DNA of 29,205 nucleotides. Origin: Planctomycetota bacterium (GTDB taxonomy: Bacteria > Planctomycetota > UBA8108). The DNA is taken from assembly GCA_022451445.1 (NCBI GenBank), contig JAKUSY010000005.1, positions 1 through 29,205 of the forward strand. Reading direction: 5' to 3'. Positions 8,122 through 17,271 of this stretch are shown piece by piece. The notes beneath the pieces are model-generated. The model searched no databases, was not told the DNA's origin, and worked only from the letters and a program-made list of their open reading frames with translations. The position numbers were made by a program, and so were the translations under genes. Each line of letters begins with the position of its first letter. The stretch's first letter is position 1.

Positions 8122-10464
8122 TCACAGGGCCCCTCCCTGGAGGTAGAGCAGGATCCTGTCGTGGATCAGCAGCAGCAGGTCCGCCGCATTGTCGCCATCG
8201 ATATCTTCGATGATCATCTGCTTCGGGCCGAGATTGGTAGAGCGGCGGCTGTAGGACTTCTCCTCGAACATTCTGAAGCTCAGAGCCTGCTCGAGAGCCT
8301 CCTTACCGTTCGCCGCCGGCTTTTTTTCTTTTCCCCCGGAATTGGTGAGAAAGAGAAGATTGTAGTGCGGCGCGGTGGAGATGACCACGTCGGCTTTGCC
8401 GTTGGCGTCGAGGTCGCCGATCGAGAGATCCTGGGGGCGCCCGAGGTCCTTGTCTTCGACCGTGTAGTTGAACTGCTCGACGAAGCCGGGCTGCGATTTT
8501 TTCGAATAGAAGACAGCCGTCTGGGTTTTTCCATAGAGAACGAGATCCTCACGCTTGTCACCATCGAGGTCGCGGGCATCGAGCCGGACGAACTGGAGCT
8601 TGGGAAGCTTCACCTGGTCTGTGATGGAGTAGGCGCCGTCAGCGGCCTTTCGGAGAATCTCGATCGAGTTGACGGAGGAGTCGATGAGAACGATCTCATC
8701 CGTCCCATCTCCATCGAGATCGAGAGCCGTTCCGGCCTTCAGCTTGGATTCGGAGCTGCGGCCGCTGTGCTGGTCCAGCACATTGAGCCGGTTCGCTCCA
8801 TCGAGCTCGAGGAACCGGACGTAGCTGCCCGAGGTAACCATCATCTTCGAGCGTTTCACGCCAGTGAGCAGGGTCAGGGCGGCGGGTTGGAGCTTCGCCA
8901 GCTGTCCCTGGCCGAAGCCGGGCTTCTGGCTGAGGTTTTCGAAGGTCGACTGGTGCTTCCCTTCCGGAGTCTTCTGCCGCTTGTGGAGAAAGAAGGAGGG
9001 ATCCTGGTAGGGGATGAAGACCATCATGTCGGTGGCGCCGTCGGCGTTGCCGTCGAAGAGCCGGAGCGCGTTGGGGGGAGAGCCCTTGGAGGGGAGCTCC
9101 AGGCTGGCCTCCTCGCTGAGCTTGCCGCCGGGCTCGAGAGCGAGTATCCGCAGCCGGTATTTTCCGCCCTTCTCCCTCTGTACGACCCAGGCCCGCTGGC
9201 CGCCATTTTCAACCAGGGGGGCAGCGGAGAGCAGCACGGGCTCCGAGGGCAGTGCCCAGGTCTCGGGGATCGTCAGGCGCTTGCCGGACCAGGCGCTCAC
9301 CCCGATGGCTTTTTCCTTGGCGCTGGTGACGACGAGCTCCTCGTGGCCGTCTCCGTCGATGTCCATGCCCGCCAGGCTGTTTACCGCGGCGAGCGTGGGG
9401 TAGGAGGCCGAATGGGAGAAGGCGCCGTCGCTGCCCTGGAAGGTAACCTCCAGCTGGGCAGTCTCCGGGTAGCTGACCACCAGGTCGGGTCTTCCGTCCC
9501 GGTTGACGTCGCTGATGATTCTCTTGCGCTTTGAGCTGTCGCCGCTCTTGCGCAGCGCCACGAGGCTGGGATTTCCGAGGCCGCCCTCGACATCCCGATC
9601 CTGCCAGCGGTACGCCTTGAGCCTGCGGGTGTTGCTCTGGATGGTGTAGAGCAGAGGCTTTCCGTTCTCGGTGTGGAGCGCCCAGGCCTGCAGGGCCAGC
9701 AACCGGCTGGCGATGAGGGGGGCGAACCCGCTGTCTCCCTGGAGCCGCGTCAATACCGGTTTTTCGGACGAGGGGCTGAAGTACACGAGGTCGATTTTTC
9801 CATCGGCGTTGATATCCCGCAGCTCCAGTGCGGTGATGCCTTCGCCGGCATTCTGCAGGATCGATGGCTGGCCGAGGCCGCCGCTTTTCCTCTGGTAGAA
9901 GAGGTAGGTCTTGAGGTTGCCCAGGAGAACGAGATCGAGCTTCCCATTCGAGTCGAGATCGGCTGTCTGCAGGGCGTAGGAAGAGCTGGAGCCGTCCCGT
10001 ATGGGGTAGCGCTTGCGCTCGGCCCCCCAGGATTTCCCCTGGTAGACAATCTCGAGCTCGGGAGGATCGCAGTAATAGGCCAGGTCGGGTTTCCCATCGC
10101 CGTTGAAATCTCCGACGGCCAGGGAGTTGACCTTCTTGTCGGTATAGAATTTCTCGACCCGGAAGCGGGAGTCCGAGCCGACGGTGTTCCGCGGCGGTTT
10201 CTTCCCGGATGAGTCTTTCTTTTCACCACCCTGGTAGAGCAGCCGGATGGTGCCCTCGGTATTGTTGGCGACGACGAGGTCCTTGCGGCCGTCGTTGTCG
10301 AGATCCGTGACCGTGAGTCCCAGGGCGGAGCCTTCGACCTTGAAAATTTCCAGGCCCTGGAATCCGAAGGAGGGCCCCACGGCGGGATCAGCCGGGAGCG
10401 CGACACCCATCGTGGATGTCAGGCAGAGGCCGATGAAAAAAAAGAGAATTGCACACGGGTTCAT
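8122..10464 (-). CDS. Exported FG-GAP/VCBS repeat beta-propeller protein (780 aa)
   Basis: Many DxDxDGxxD repeats (DLDNDGRKDL, DFNGDGKPDL, DLDSNGKLDL, DINADGKIDL, DVNRDGRPDL, DIDGDGHEEL and others) and a signal peptide. Confidence 0.92.
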   Translation of the reverse strand: MNPCAILFFFIGLCLTSTMGVALPADPAVGPSFGFQGLEIFKVEGSALGLTVTDLDNDGRKDLVVANNTEGTIRLLYQGGEKKDSSGKKPPRNTVGSDSRFRVEKFYTDKKVNSLAVGDFNGDGKPDLAYYCDPPELEIVYQGKSWGAERKRYPIRDGSSSSYALQTADLDSNGKLDLVLLGNLKTYLFYQRKSGGLGQPSILQNAGEGITALELRDINADGKIDLVYFSPSSEKPVLTRLQGDSGFAPLIASRLLALQAWALHTENGKPLLYTIQSNTRRLKAYRWQDRDVEGGLGNPSLVALRKSGDSSKRKRIISDVNRDGRPDLVVSYPETAQLEVTFQGSDGAFSHSASYPTLAAVNSLAGMDIDGDGHEELVVTSAKEKAIGVSAWSGKRLTIPETWALPSEPVLLSAAPLVENGGQRAWVVQREKGGKYRLRILALEPGGKLSEEASLELPSKGSPPNALRLFDGNADGATDMMVFIPYQDPSFFLHKRQKTPEGKHQSTFENLSQKPGFGQGQLAKLQPAALTLLTGVKRSKMMVTSGSYVRFLELDGANRLNVLDQHSGRSSESKLKAGTALDLDGDGTDEIVLIDSSVNSIEILRKAADGAYSITDQVKLPKLQFVRLDARDLDGDKREDLVLYGKTQTAVFYSKKSQPGFVEQFNYTVEDKDLGRPQDLSIGDLDANGKADVVISTAPHYNLLFLTNSGGKEKKPAANGKEALEQALSFRMFEEKSYSRRSTNLGPKQMIIEDIDGDNAADLLLLIHDRILLYLQGGAL

Positions 10465-10679
10465 ACGAAAAAACAGCGAAAGAAGATTAGTTTACGGTTG
10501 CGGGACCAGCAGAGCGGATCCACCGAGCCGAGCAGTTTATTCCATCGAGACTCCCACCCCGAGTATTTTTTATAGAGGTCTCCGATATTCCTCACAAGCC
10601 GCATTCGGGGTATCCGACACAAACCGACAAAGCCGGCGGAGCGCTCCCGTATTCCCTTCCTTGAGATGCCCGTGAGCGA

Positions 10680-10688
10680 TGCTATCCT
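10680..10688 (+). promoter_or_regulatory. Candidate extended -10 element (TG-C-TATCCT) upstream of the epimerase gene
   Basis: Matches the TGnTAnnnT pattern about 85 nt before the ATG at 10772. Confidence 0.35.
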
Positions 10689-10771
10689 GTCGGAGCGCCA
10701 GGCCTCCGGTCGCTCCGGTTTCGGGACCCCTGGCGCCTCGTCCGGTCGCTTTTTTACCAGGAGCTCCAGGC

Positions 10772-11617
10772 ATGATTGTCGGCTGCGGAGAATGGGGGTT
10801 TCGAAATGTTCCCATGCAGGAGCATTTCAGGATTTCCGAGAGGTTCGGGTTCAGGTTCCTGGAGTTCGGAATCGGGGGAGGACAGCCCGGAAGACTTCCC
10901 GAGGAGCCGGGCGAGGCGGATGTCGCGGAGTTCAGGGCGCTCGGCGAACGCTACGGCATCAACACGCCCTTCTGCTGCCTCGAGAATGACTTCACCCTCG
11001 CCGCCGAGGGTGAGCACGAAGCGATGGTGGCGAAGGTGCTCGGGCAGCTTCGTTCCGCCCGGAGCTGTGGAGCGACCCACGTAAGGCTGTTCGCGGGTTT
11101 CACCCCGGCCGCTGATATGACTGAAGAGATCTGGAGCAGGCTATTCAGCGCCTTTGAGGGCTGCGAGAGACTCTGCGCCGAGCTCGGCATGGAGATCTCC
11201 ATCGAGACGCATGGAGCCCTCGAGTTCAGGGACGATGGCAGCGCGGTTCATATCAACAGCGTCACCACCGACCGCGAGTGTCTCGGCCGTCTTCTGGAGA
11301 ATCTTCCGTCCCGGGTGGGCTTCAATTACGATCCAGGGAACATCAAGGCGGTCTCACCCGGCGATCACAGGTACTGTCTCGATCTTCTCAACGACCGCAT
11401 CAACTACTGCCATCTCAAGGACTGGCATTCGAGGGGGGGTGGCTGGGTCGCCTGCGCCATCGGGGACGACGATCTCGATTACGGTCCCGTCTTCGAGCGG
11501 ATGAAGTTCGACGGCGTGTACCTGATCGAGTACGAGCCCCTCGAGGACCCCGAGGATGGGATCCAGAGGAGCCTGGATTATCTCTCCAGGGTCGCGCCGG
11601 GCTTTACCCGCTGCTGA
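10772..11617 (+). CDS. Sugar phosphate isomerase/epimerase (xylose-isomerase-like TIM barrel)
   Basis: Motifs FLEFG, VRLFAG, ISIETHG, NYDPGN, CHLKD, IGDDDLDY and LIEYE. AGGAG RBS lies 8 nt before ATG 10772, so the start is moved from the ORF-track 10679. Confidence 0.9.
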   Translation: MIVGCGEWGFRNVPMQEHFRISERFGFRFLEFGIGGGQPGRLPEEPGEADVAEFRALGERYGINTPFCCLENDFTLAAEGEHEAMVAKVLGQLRSARSCGATHVRLFAGFTPAADMTEEIWSRLFSAFEGCERLCAELGMEISIETHGALEFRDDGSAVHINSVTTDRECLGRLLENLPSRVGFNYDPGNIKAVSPGDHRYCLDLLNDRINYCHLKDWHSRGGGWVACAIGDDDLDYGPVFERMKFDGVYLIEYEPLEDPEDGIQRSLDYLSRVAPGFTRC

Positions 11618-11625
11618 GAAGCCAC

Positions 11626-12378
11626 TCAGGCTCCGCTCTCCTCGTCGCTCTCCGCGGGGGGCTCGCCGTCTTCGTCCGGCGGCTCTGCGGCGGATCGGGC
11701 GGCTTCTTTCGCCTCTTTTTTCTCCTCCAGGACGCGCTTGATCTCCGTGCGGTAGCGCCGGGTTTTGTAGATTGCGTAGATAATGATCAGGGCGACCAGG
11801 CTCCCGATGACCAGCAGCACGATGGGCTTGTATTCTTCAAAGAGACCCATGGCTTTTTCGAGGGCATCCTTTGGAGTCTTGCCGGGCGCCAGCTTCTGGG
11901 CAGCCCACATACCGAAGAAAATCGAGATCGGGCAGGAGATGAGGGCTCCGATCAGGTCGAAAAAAATGAACTTTACCCAGCGCATTCCGTGCTGCCCGGC
12001 GTAGCCGTAGACGCCGATGCGAACCCCGGCAAGAAAACGCGCGAAGAAGACAGCCTTGTTGCCGTGTTTGGCGAAGTGCCGGTGGACCTTCTTATTGTTG
12101 ATCGCCCGGATGAACCAGCTGTCGGGAAAGCTCTGCCCCAGCTTCCTGCCGGTGAAAAAGATGATCGAATCGCCGATGAGGATGCCTGTTACGCAGACCG
12201 CCGAGGCGATCCAGAAATCGGCGAGGTGGAAGCCGACCACCACCCCGCTGCCGATCAGCGTGACCTCTTCGGGAATCGGAAGGCCGATCCCGCAGAGAAA
12301 GAGTATGCCGAACATGGCCCAGTACTGGTATTGCTCGAGCCAGGCGAGGATCTCTGTCGGTTCCAGTAAGGCAAACAT
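11626..12378 (-). CDS. DedA/VTT family membrane protein
   Basis: LCGIGLPIPEEVTLIGSG, GDSIIFFTGR, AVFFARFLAGVR and hydrophobic helices. Confidence 0.92.
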   Translation of the reverse strand: MFALLEPTEILAWLEQYQYWAMFGILFLCGIGLPIPEEVTLIGSGVVVGFHLADFWIASAVCVTGILIGDSIIFFTGRKLGQSFPDSWFIRAINNKKVHRHFAKHGNKAVFFARFLAGVRIGVYGYAGQHGMRWVKFIFFDLIGALISCPISIFFGMWAAQKLAPGKTPKDALEKAMGLFEEYKPIVLLVIGSLVALIIIYAIYKTRRYRTEIKRVLEEKKEAKEAARSAAEPPDEDGEPPAESDEESGA

Positions 12379-12489
12379 GTTTCTTCTCTTCCACCGTGCT
12401 TTTCCGTGTGGATGGGCAAGATAACCCAGGCCCGGGAAAAAACCAACCCCGGGCGGGAATCCGGCTCGAGGCCGGTCCGCGCGGGTTCT

Positions 12490-13011
12490 TCAGAACAGGG
12501 TTCCCACCGAGGGGCTCAGGTCGAGATCCGCCGGCACGCCCGGGAAGTGGTCGCGGATGAAATCGCCCTGGACATCGCGGGTCTTCCGGGAGAGCTGTCC
12601 CTGCAGGTCTTCACTGCATTTTTCGCACATGATGATCATGGGCAGCAGGAGGGACAGCTCCCGGCAGGCTCCGATGACCGTGAAATTCTCGAAGAGGGCC
12701 CTGGGAAAGCCGCAGAAGTGACAGTGGTCGGGCCCCTCGGTGGGCTTGAAGTTGCAGAGCATGAAGCCCTTCATGGCCTCGAGCGATTCCCGGGACATCT
12801 CCTTGGAGAGATCTTCGCCGCAGGCCTGGCAGATGGCCGTTTCGAAGATCACCTCCTTGTCCCGGTAGACCTTCTGGATCTCGTAGAGTCCCAGGTGTTC
12901 AAGATCCTTCTCGCAGATGGTGCAGTTTTTGAACGGGCCCTCCTCGGAGAACGAGTGCAGCTCTTCAGGCACCTCCGCGGCGCAGTCTTCGTTTGATGGA
13001 TCAGGTAACAC
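12490..13011 (-). CDS. Hypothetical protein with four CxxC motifs (probable metal-binding)
   Basis: CTIC, CQAC, CHFC and CEKC. GTG start at 13011 preceded by GGAG at 5 nt. Confidence 0.8.
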   Translation of the reverse strand: MLPDPSNEDCAAEVPEELHSFSEEGPFKNCTICEKDLEHLGLYEIQKVYRDKEVIFETAICQACGEDLSKEMSRESLEAMKGFMLCNFKPTEGPDHCHFCGFPRALFENFTVIGACRELSLLLPMIIMCEKCSEDLQGQLSRKTRDVQGDFIRDHFPGVPADLDLSPSVGTLF

Positions 13012-13117
13012 GGGTACTCCACGGAGCGCAACTGCGCCGGGAACCGTCCGCACTTCGCCAGGGGGCTGAAGTAAGGCGGTTCATCGACGAATTTTGCCCC
13101 GCAGTAATCTGCGGATA

Positions 13118-13199
13118 GTAGAATGCAAGCCGTTTAATTCAGGCCCGGAACGGGGAAATACCGTACTTTACCAGGCCCTCGGGAATTGTAGAATCAAGC
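13118..13199 (+). promoter_or_regulatory. Tandem -10-like elements GTAGAAT(G)CAAGC upstream of the TPR/FG-GAP gene
   Basis: GTAGAATGCAAGC at 13118-13130 and GTAGAATCAAGC at 13188-13199. The second has TTTACC 16 nt upstream. Confidence 0.4.
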
Positions 13200-13237
13200 G
13201 CCAGTGTCGGCAAAGTCTTTCTCCGAGGTAAAGATAA

Positions 13238-16200
13238 TTGAGCATCTCCGATCGTTTGTTTGAAGAGCCCGCGCGCTCGGCGCCCGCGCCCGGCAGGATG
13301 GCGGGAGCGCTGCTCCTGCTCCTCATCGCGGCCGCCGCATGGAGTTGCAGCCCGGGTTCCAGGGTTGGACCTGCCGAGGGTCTTCGCAGGATGGGCAGGG
13401 GGATCGGCCTGCTCGAACAATACGATTATTCAGGCGCCTACAAGATCTTCTCCGGGCTCTGCGAGAGCTTTCCCGCCTGGGAGGCGGCCTGGACCAACCG
13501 CGGCATAGCCGGTCTCAATCTCCAGGATGAGAGTAAGTGCGTGCCCAATATGAAGAAGGCGCTGGAGCTGAATCCCCGCAGCTCTCATGCGCTGCTGGTC
13601 CTCGGTATTCAGTACGAACACCTGCAGAGGACCGACGAGGCACTCGAGCTCTTCAGGAAGGTGGTGGAGCTCGATCCTGATGACCCGCATGGGCACTACT
13701 ATGTCGGCACCATCCTTGCTGACCGCGATGACAAGGAAGGGGCGGTGCGCCATCTTCGCCGCGCGCTCCAGCTGCAGCCATCCTTCGCCTCGGCCTGGTA
13801 CCGCATGGCGAACCTTCATCGCAGAGAAGAGAAAGACCTGCGGATCGGCATGCTCAACGAGTTCAAGCGTCTCAAGAAGGCCGGTGCCGGAATCCTGGTG
13901 GGACATAAGTACGGCGAAGGGGGAAGGTACAGCCTCGCGGTCAGGGACTCCCTGCCCCCGGGCTACACCGCCTCGCCCCCGGCGGAGGCCCCGGCGGCGT
14001 CCATCGGCGCCGGGCGCGAGATCAGCGGCGTTCCGCGGACCGTCCCGGCCCCGTCCGGAAGCCAGGCGGCGGGAATGGCTGTGGGTGATCTCGATGGAGA
14101 TGGATCGCTCGAGCTGATCCTCTGCGGGAGCGCGGCCGCCGATGGCGCCCAGGGCGCTCTCTCGATCTTCAATTACTCGGCGGCGGGAGATTACAGCCTC
14201 GCCCGCAGGTTGGCCTTCGATGCGAATCTCTGCTGTCTCGCCGACCTCGATGGAGACACCGATCTCGACCTGGTCGTTGCCGCCCCCGGCTCTCTCAGGT
14301 TCCTGCTCAACGATGGCAAGGGCGGCCTCGAGGAGGCCAGCGTCAAGGTGAAGTCCGGGCGCGACGGGGGCTTCCCCCTGCGCCTCTACGCCCTCGATGT
14401 CGACAGCGATTGGGATCTCGACATTATCTGCCTGCGCCAGTGGAAGGAAGCCGATGGCAAGGTCACCTCCCGGGTACAGGTGCTCAACAACGATCGCGAT
14501 GATCCCGCCGGCCTTGGCGGCTTCAGCGACATCGGCGCCGACTGCGGGCTGGAAGAATTCGATTTCGCCGTGGTGGAGCTCGCCGTGGTGGATCTCGATG
14601 GCGATGTCGATCTCGACCTCGCCGTTTTCGACGAACGCGGCGGCGCCAGGTTTTTCTCGAACCATCGCGCCTGGAAGTTCGCGGAGGTCAAGCAGGCCGC
14701 GGGACTCTCTGCCGCGGGAATCGTGAGCGTTACCTCGGGGGATCTCGACGGAGACGGAGATGAGGACCTTGTCGCCTTCTGCGGCGACAGCCTCCGCCTC
14801 CTGCGCAACGATGGCCTGCTGCGTTTTACCCTGGACAGGGATTTCTCCAGCCGCTACGGAGCGCTTGGCGGGACCGGCGGGACGCTCTTTGATTTCGATG
14901 GAGACCTGGCCCTCGAGCTCCTGGTCATCGACGCGAAACCTGCCGGTGATGCGAAAGGAGCCGTCCTGGTCTCTCCCGGTAAAGAGACCAGGCGATTCGA
15001 ACTTGGACGCAAGACCCGGGGGGGCGCGGTGAGCGTCCTGGCCGGCTGCATGGGAATCGACGGGGGAGTCGAGCTGGTCGTGGCGGACACGGCCGGGGCG
15101 ACCACCGCTCACGCTCTCGAGATCCCCGGAACGTGGATCGGTCTCGAGCTCACCGGCCCTCTTCGCGAGGAGGTGAAGCCCGACGCCGAGCGGTCCAATC
15201 CCGCCGCCCTGGGGGCGAGCGTCGAGGTGCGTTCCGGAACCCGGGTGGCGAGGCGGCAGCTCAACGGCTCTACCGGCGGCACGGCGCGCGCGGCGGCGCG
15301 TTTTTTCTGTGGTCTCGGCGGCGCTCCGGCCGCTGACACGGTTCGTATTCTCTGGCCCGATGGTATTCTCCAGAGCGAGCTCGGGCTGGTGTCCGGAAAG
15401 ATTCACGAGATCAAGGAGAAGGAGCGCAAGCCGACCTCCTGCCCGGTGCTTTTCAGCTGGAATGGAGACTCCTTTGAATTTGTCGCTGATTTCCTCGGGG
15501 TCGGGGGACTCGGGTATTTCGAGGCCCCCGGGCGCTACAGCGCCCCGGATCCGACCGAGCTGCTTTGGATCCCGAGACTCGAGGCGCGCGAGAACGCAGA
15601 GGCTGGAGCTTCCTACGAGCTGCGGGTGCTCGAGCCCCTCGAGGAGTGCACCTACCTCGACAGCGCCGCGCTCGTGGCAGTCGATCATCCCGAGGGTACG
15701 ACGGTCCTGCCCAACGAGATGTTCGCCATTCTCGGCCCGGCTCCGGGCTACGGGCTCCTCTCCTTTGAGGAGAAGCTCCACCCGCTGAAGGCGATTGACC
15801 AGGATGGAGCGGATATGACCTCGCGCGTACAGAAGCTCGACGCGGCCTACGCTCCTGAGCTCAAGCCCGACAGGAGGTTCATGGGAGTGCTCGAGAAGCC
15901 GCAGGCCGTCGAGCTCGAGTTTCCCGCCTCGCTCGATGAGCTCATTCGCTCCGATGCTCCCGGCCGGCCGGTTCTTTTTCTCTACGGCTATATCGAGTAC
16001 GGCTATTCGACGACGAACTTCTCCGCCTCGCAGGCGGGCTTCGTTCCCATGGCCCCGAGCTTCCGCGTCGAGCGCGATGGATAGTGGGAGACCCTCCGCG
16101 AAGAGTGGGGATTCCCGGCGGGCTATCCGCGCTGGATGAGCGTCGATCTCGCCGACCTCCTGCGCCCGGGAGACCGCCGGCTGAAGATCGACACCAACCT

Positions 16201-16777
16201 CGAGATCGCCTGGGACGAGGTCTTCATCGCCCGGGCCCGGGATGTCGATCTCAGGGGGGCCGGGGATGAGAAGGTCACGGTGCGCCAGCTGAAGGCCGAC
16301 CGGGCCCACCTGCACTACCGCGGCTTCCCGATCGATCCCGCTCCCGGGGAGGAGGTCGAGGGCTTTCTCTACAAGGAGTTCGCCGAGTGGACTCATTACA
16401 AGGTCATGCCGGGCAGCTATACCCGTTTCGGCGATGTCCGCCCCCTGCTCGAAGAGGATGACGGGCGATTCGTGATCTTCGGGCCCGGCGATGAGATTGA
16501 ATTCTCCTTCAGGGCCGATCGTCTGGGCGAACTGGCCCCCGGTGGACGCCGGACCTTCTTCTGGAAGAGCGGTGGCTATTGCAAGGACATGGACTTCTAT
16601 ACCGGGCATGGTGATGGTGTGGCGCCCCTTCCCTTCGCCGGCATGAAGTCCTATCCCTACGCCGAGGGCGAGAGCTACCCGGCTGATCCGGCCCTCGAGC
16701 GCTACGCGAGGGAGTGGAACACCCGGAAGATCGAGGGTGACCTGCGAACCCCGATCTCAGCGGTCGTCGGAGATTGA
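13238..16777 (+). CDS. TPR + FG-GAP + ASPIC/UnbV (CRTAC1-like) probable lipoprotein, 1179 aa if read through the in-frame TAG at 16082-16084
   Basis: Lipobox-like AAWSC, TPR helices, FG-GAP repeats, SNPAALGASVEV..VRILWPDG (ASPIC/UnbV) and TSCPVLFSWNG. ORFs 13238-16084 and 16136-16777 share a frame and join as RVERDG*WETLREEWGFPAGYPRWMSVDL. The start could alternatively be ATG 13298. Confidence 0.85.
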
Positions 16778-16781
16778 TCCC

Positions 16782-17135
16782 GTGCGCTTGTTGCCGCTCC
16801 TGCCGCTGCTCTGCCTGCTCTGTTCCTGCGGCGCGGGGTCGACCGGGGTGTCGTATACATCGGTAAGCGGGATCTTCAAAAGCAACTGCGTCTCCTGCCA
16901 CGGGGCGAAGGAGCCGGAGTCGGAGCTTCGGCTCGACAGCCTTGGGGGAATCCTTACCGGCGGCAAGAGCGGGCCGGCCGTCGTCCCGGGCGATGCCGAT
17001 TCGAGCATCCTCATCAGCGCGGTGGAAGACAGCGGCCTGGTCACGAGGATGCCGCCCGAAGACGATGCCCCGGCTCTCGATGCCGCCTCGCTCGGTCTCC
17101 TGCGCCGATGGGTCCAGGCTGGAGCGAAACCGTAG
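16782..17135 (+). CDS. Planctomycete-type cytochrome c domain lipoprotein
   Basis: CVSCHG heme motif, LRLDS, GGKSGPAVVPGDADSS, RMPP and WVQAGA. Lipobox LCSC. GGAG lies 9 nt before GTG 16782. Confidence 0.88.
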   Translation: MRLLPLLPLLCLLCSCGAGSTGVSYTSVSGIFKSNCVSCHGAKEPESELRLDSLGGILTGGKSGPAVVPGDADSSILISAVEDSGLVTRMPPEDDAPALDAASLGLLRRWVQAGAKP

Positions 17136-17180
17136 TGCCGCCGGGCGCTTCGGCCGGGGATGACCCGGGGGCATTTTGTT
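17136..17180 (+). terminator. Candidate intrinsic terminator
   Basis: TGCC-G-CCGGG...CCCGG-G-GGCA imperfect hairpin immediately after the stop, followed by TTTTGTT. Confidence 0.4.
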
Positions 17181-17271
17181 CCGTTGTCACAGGACCTGCC
17201 CTGCTAAGCTCTAGGCCAGCTCCCGGCTGGACAGTTCCCGTATTCCCGCACCTCCCGGCAATGAACAGGTC

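Noticed and set aside
10465-10680. Riboswitch or sRNA in the AT-richer divergent spacer (GAGAC/GTCTC stem, GGAGCGCTCC palindrome)
   Set aside because: No recognisable riboswitch consensus. It is more simply explained as divergent promoter DNA.
8122-16084. Repeat arrays or CRISPR suggested by recurring GATCTCGA-like words
   Set aside because: They are codons of FG-GAP DxDxDG protein repeats, not DNA repeats with spacers.
13430-16609. 1059-aa antisense ORF, and other long shadow ORFs (539-2155, 4093-5238, 7939-9534, 18069 extension)
   Set aside because: These are antisense or off-frame shadows typical of high-GC coding DNA. They have no motifs and overlap well-supported genes.
10645-17247. 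12-mer TCCCGTATTCCC repeated at 10645-10656 and 17236-17247, both upstream of genes
   Set aside because: Only two copies, not palindromic, and compatible with chance in 29 kb of GC-rich sequence.
17180-17270. Possible amber-suppressor or Pyl tRNA (contains CTCTAG and a small hairpin CCAGC/GCTGG)
   Set aside because: No cloverleaf: no pairing anticodon stem, T-arm or acceptor stem. No tRNA(CUA) was found in any intergenic region by eye.
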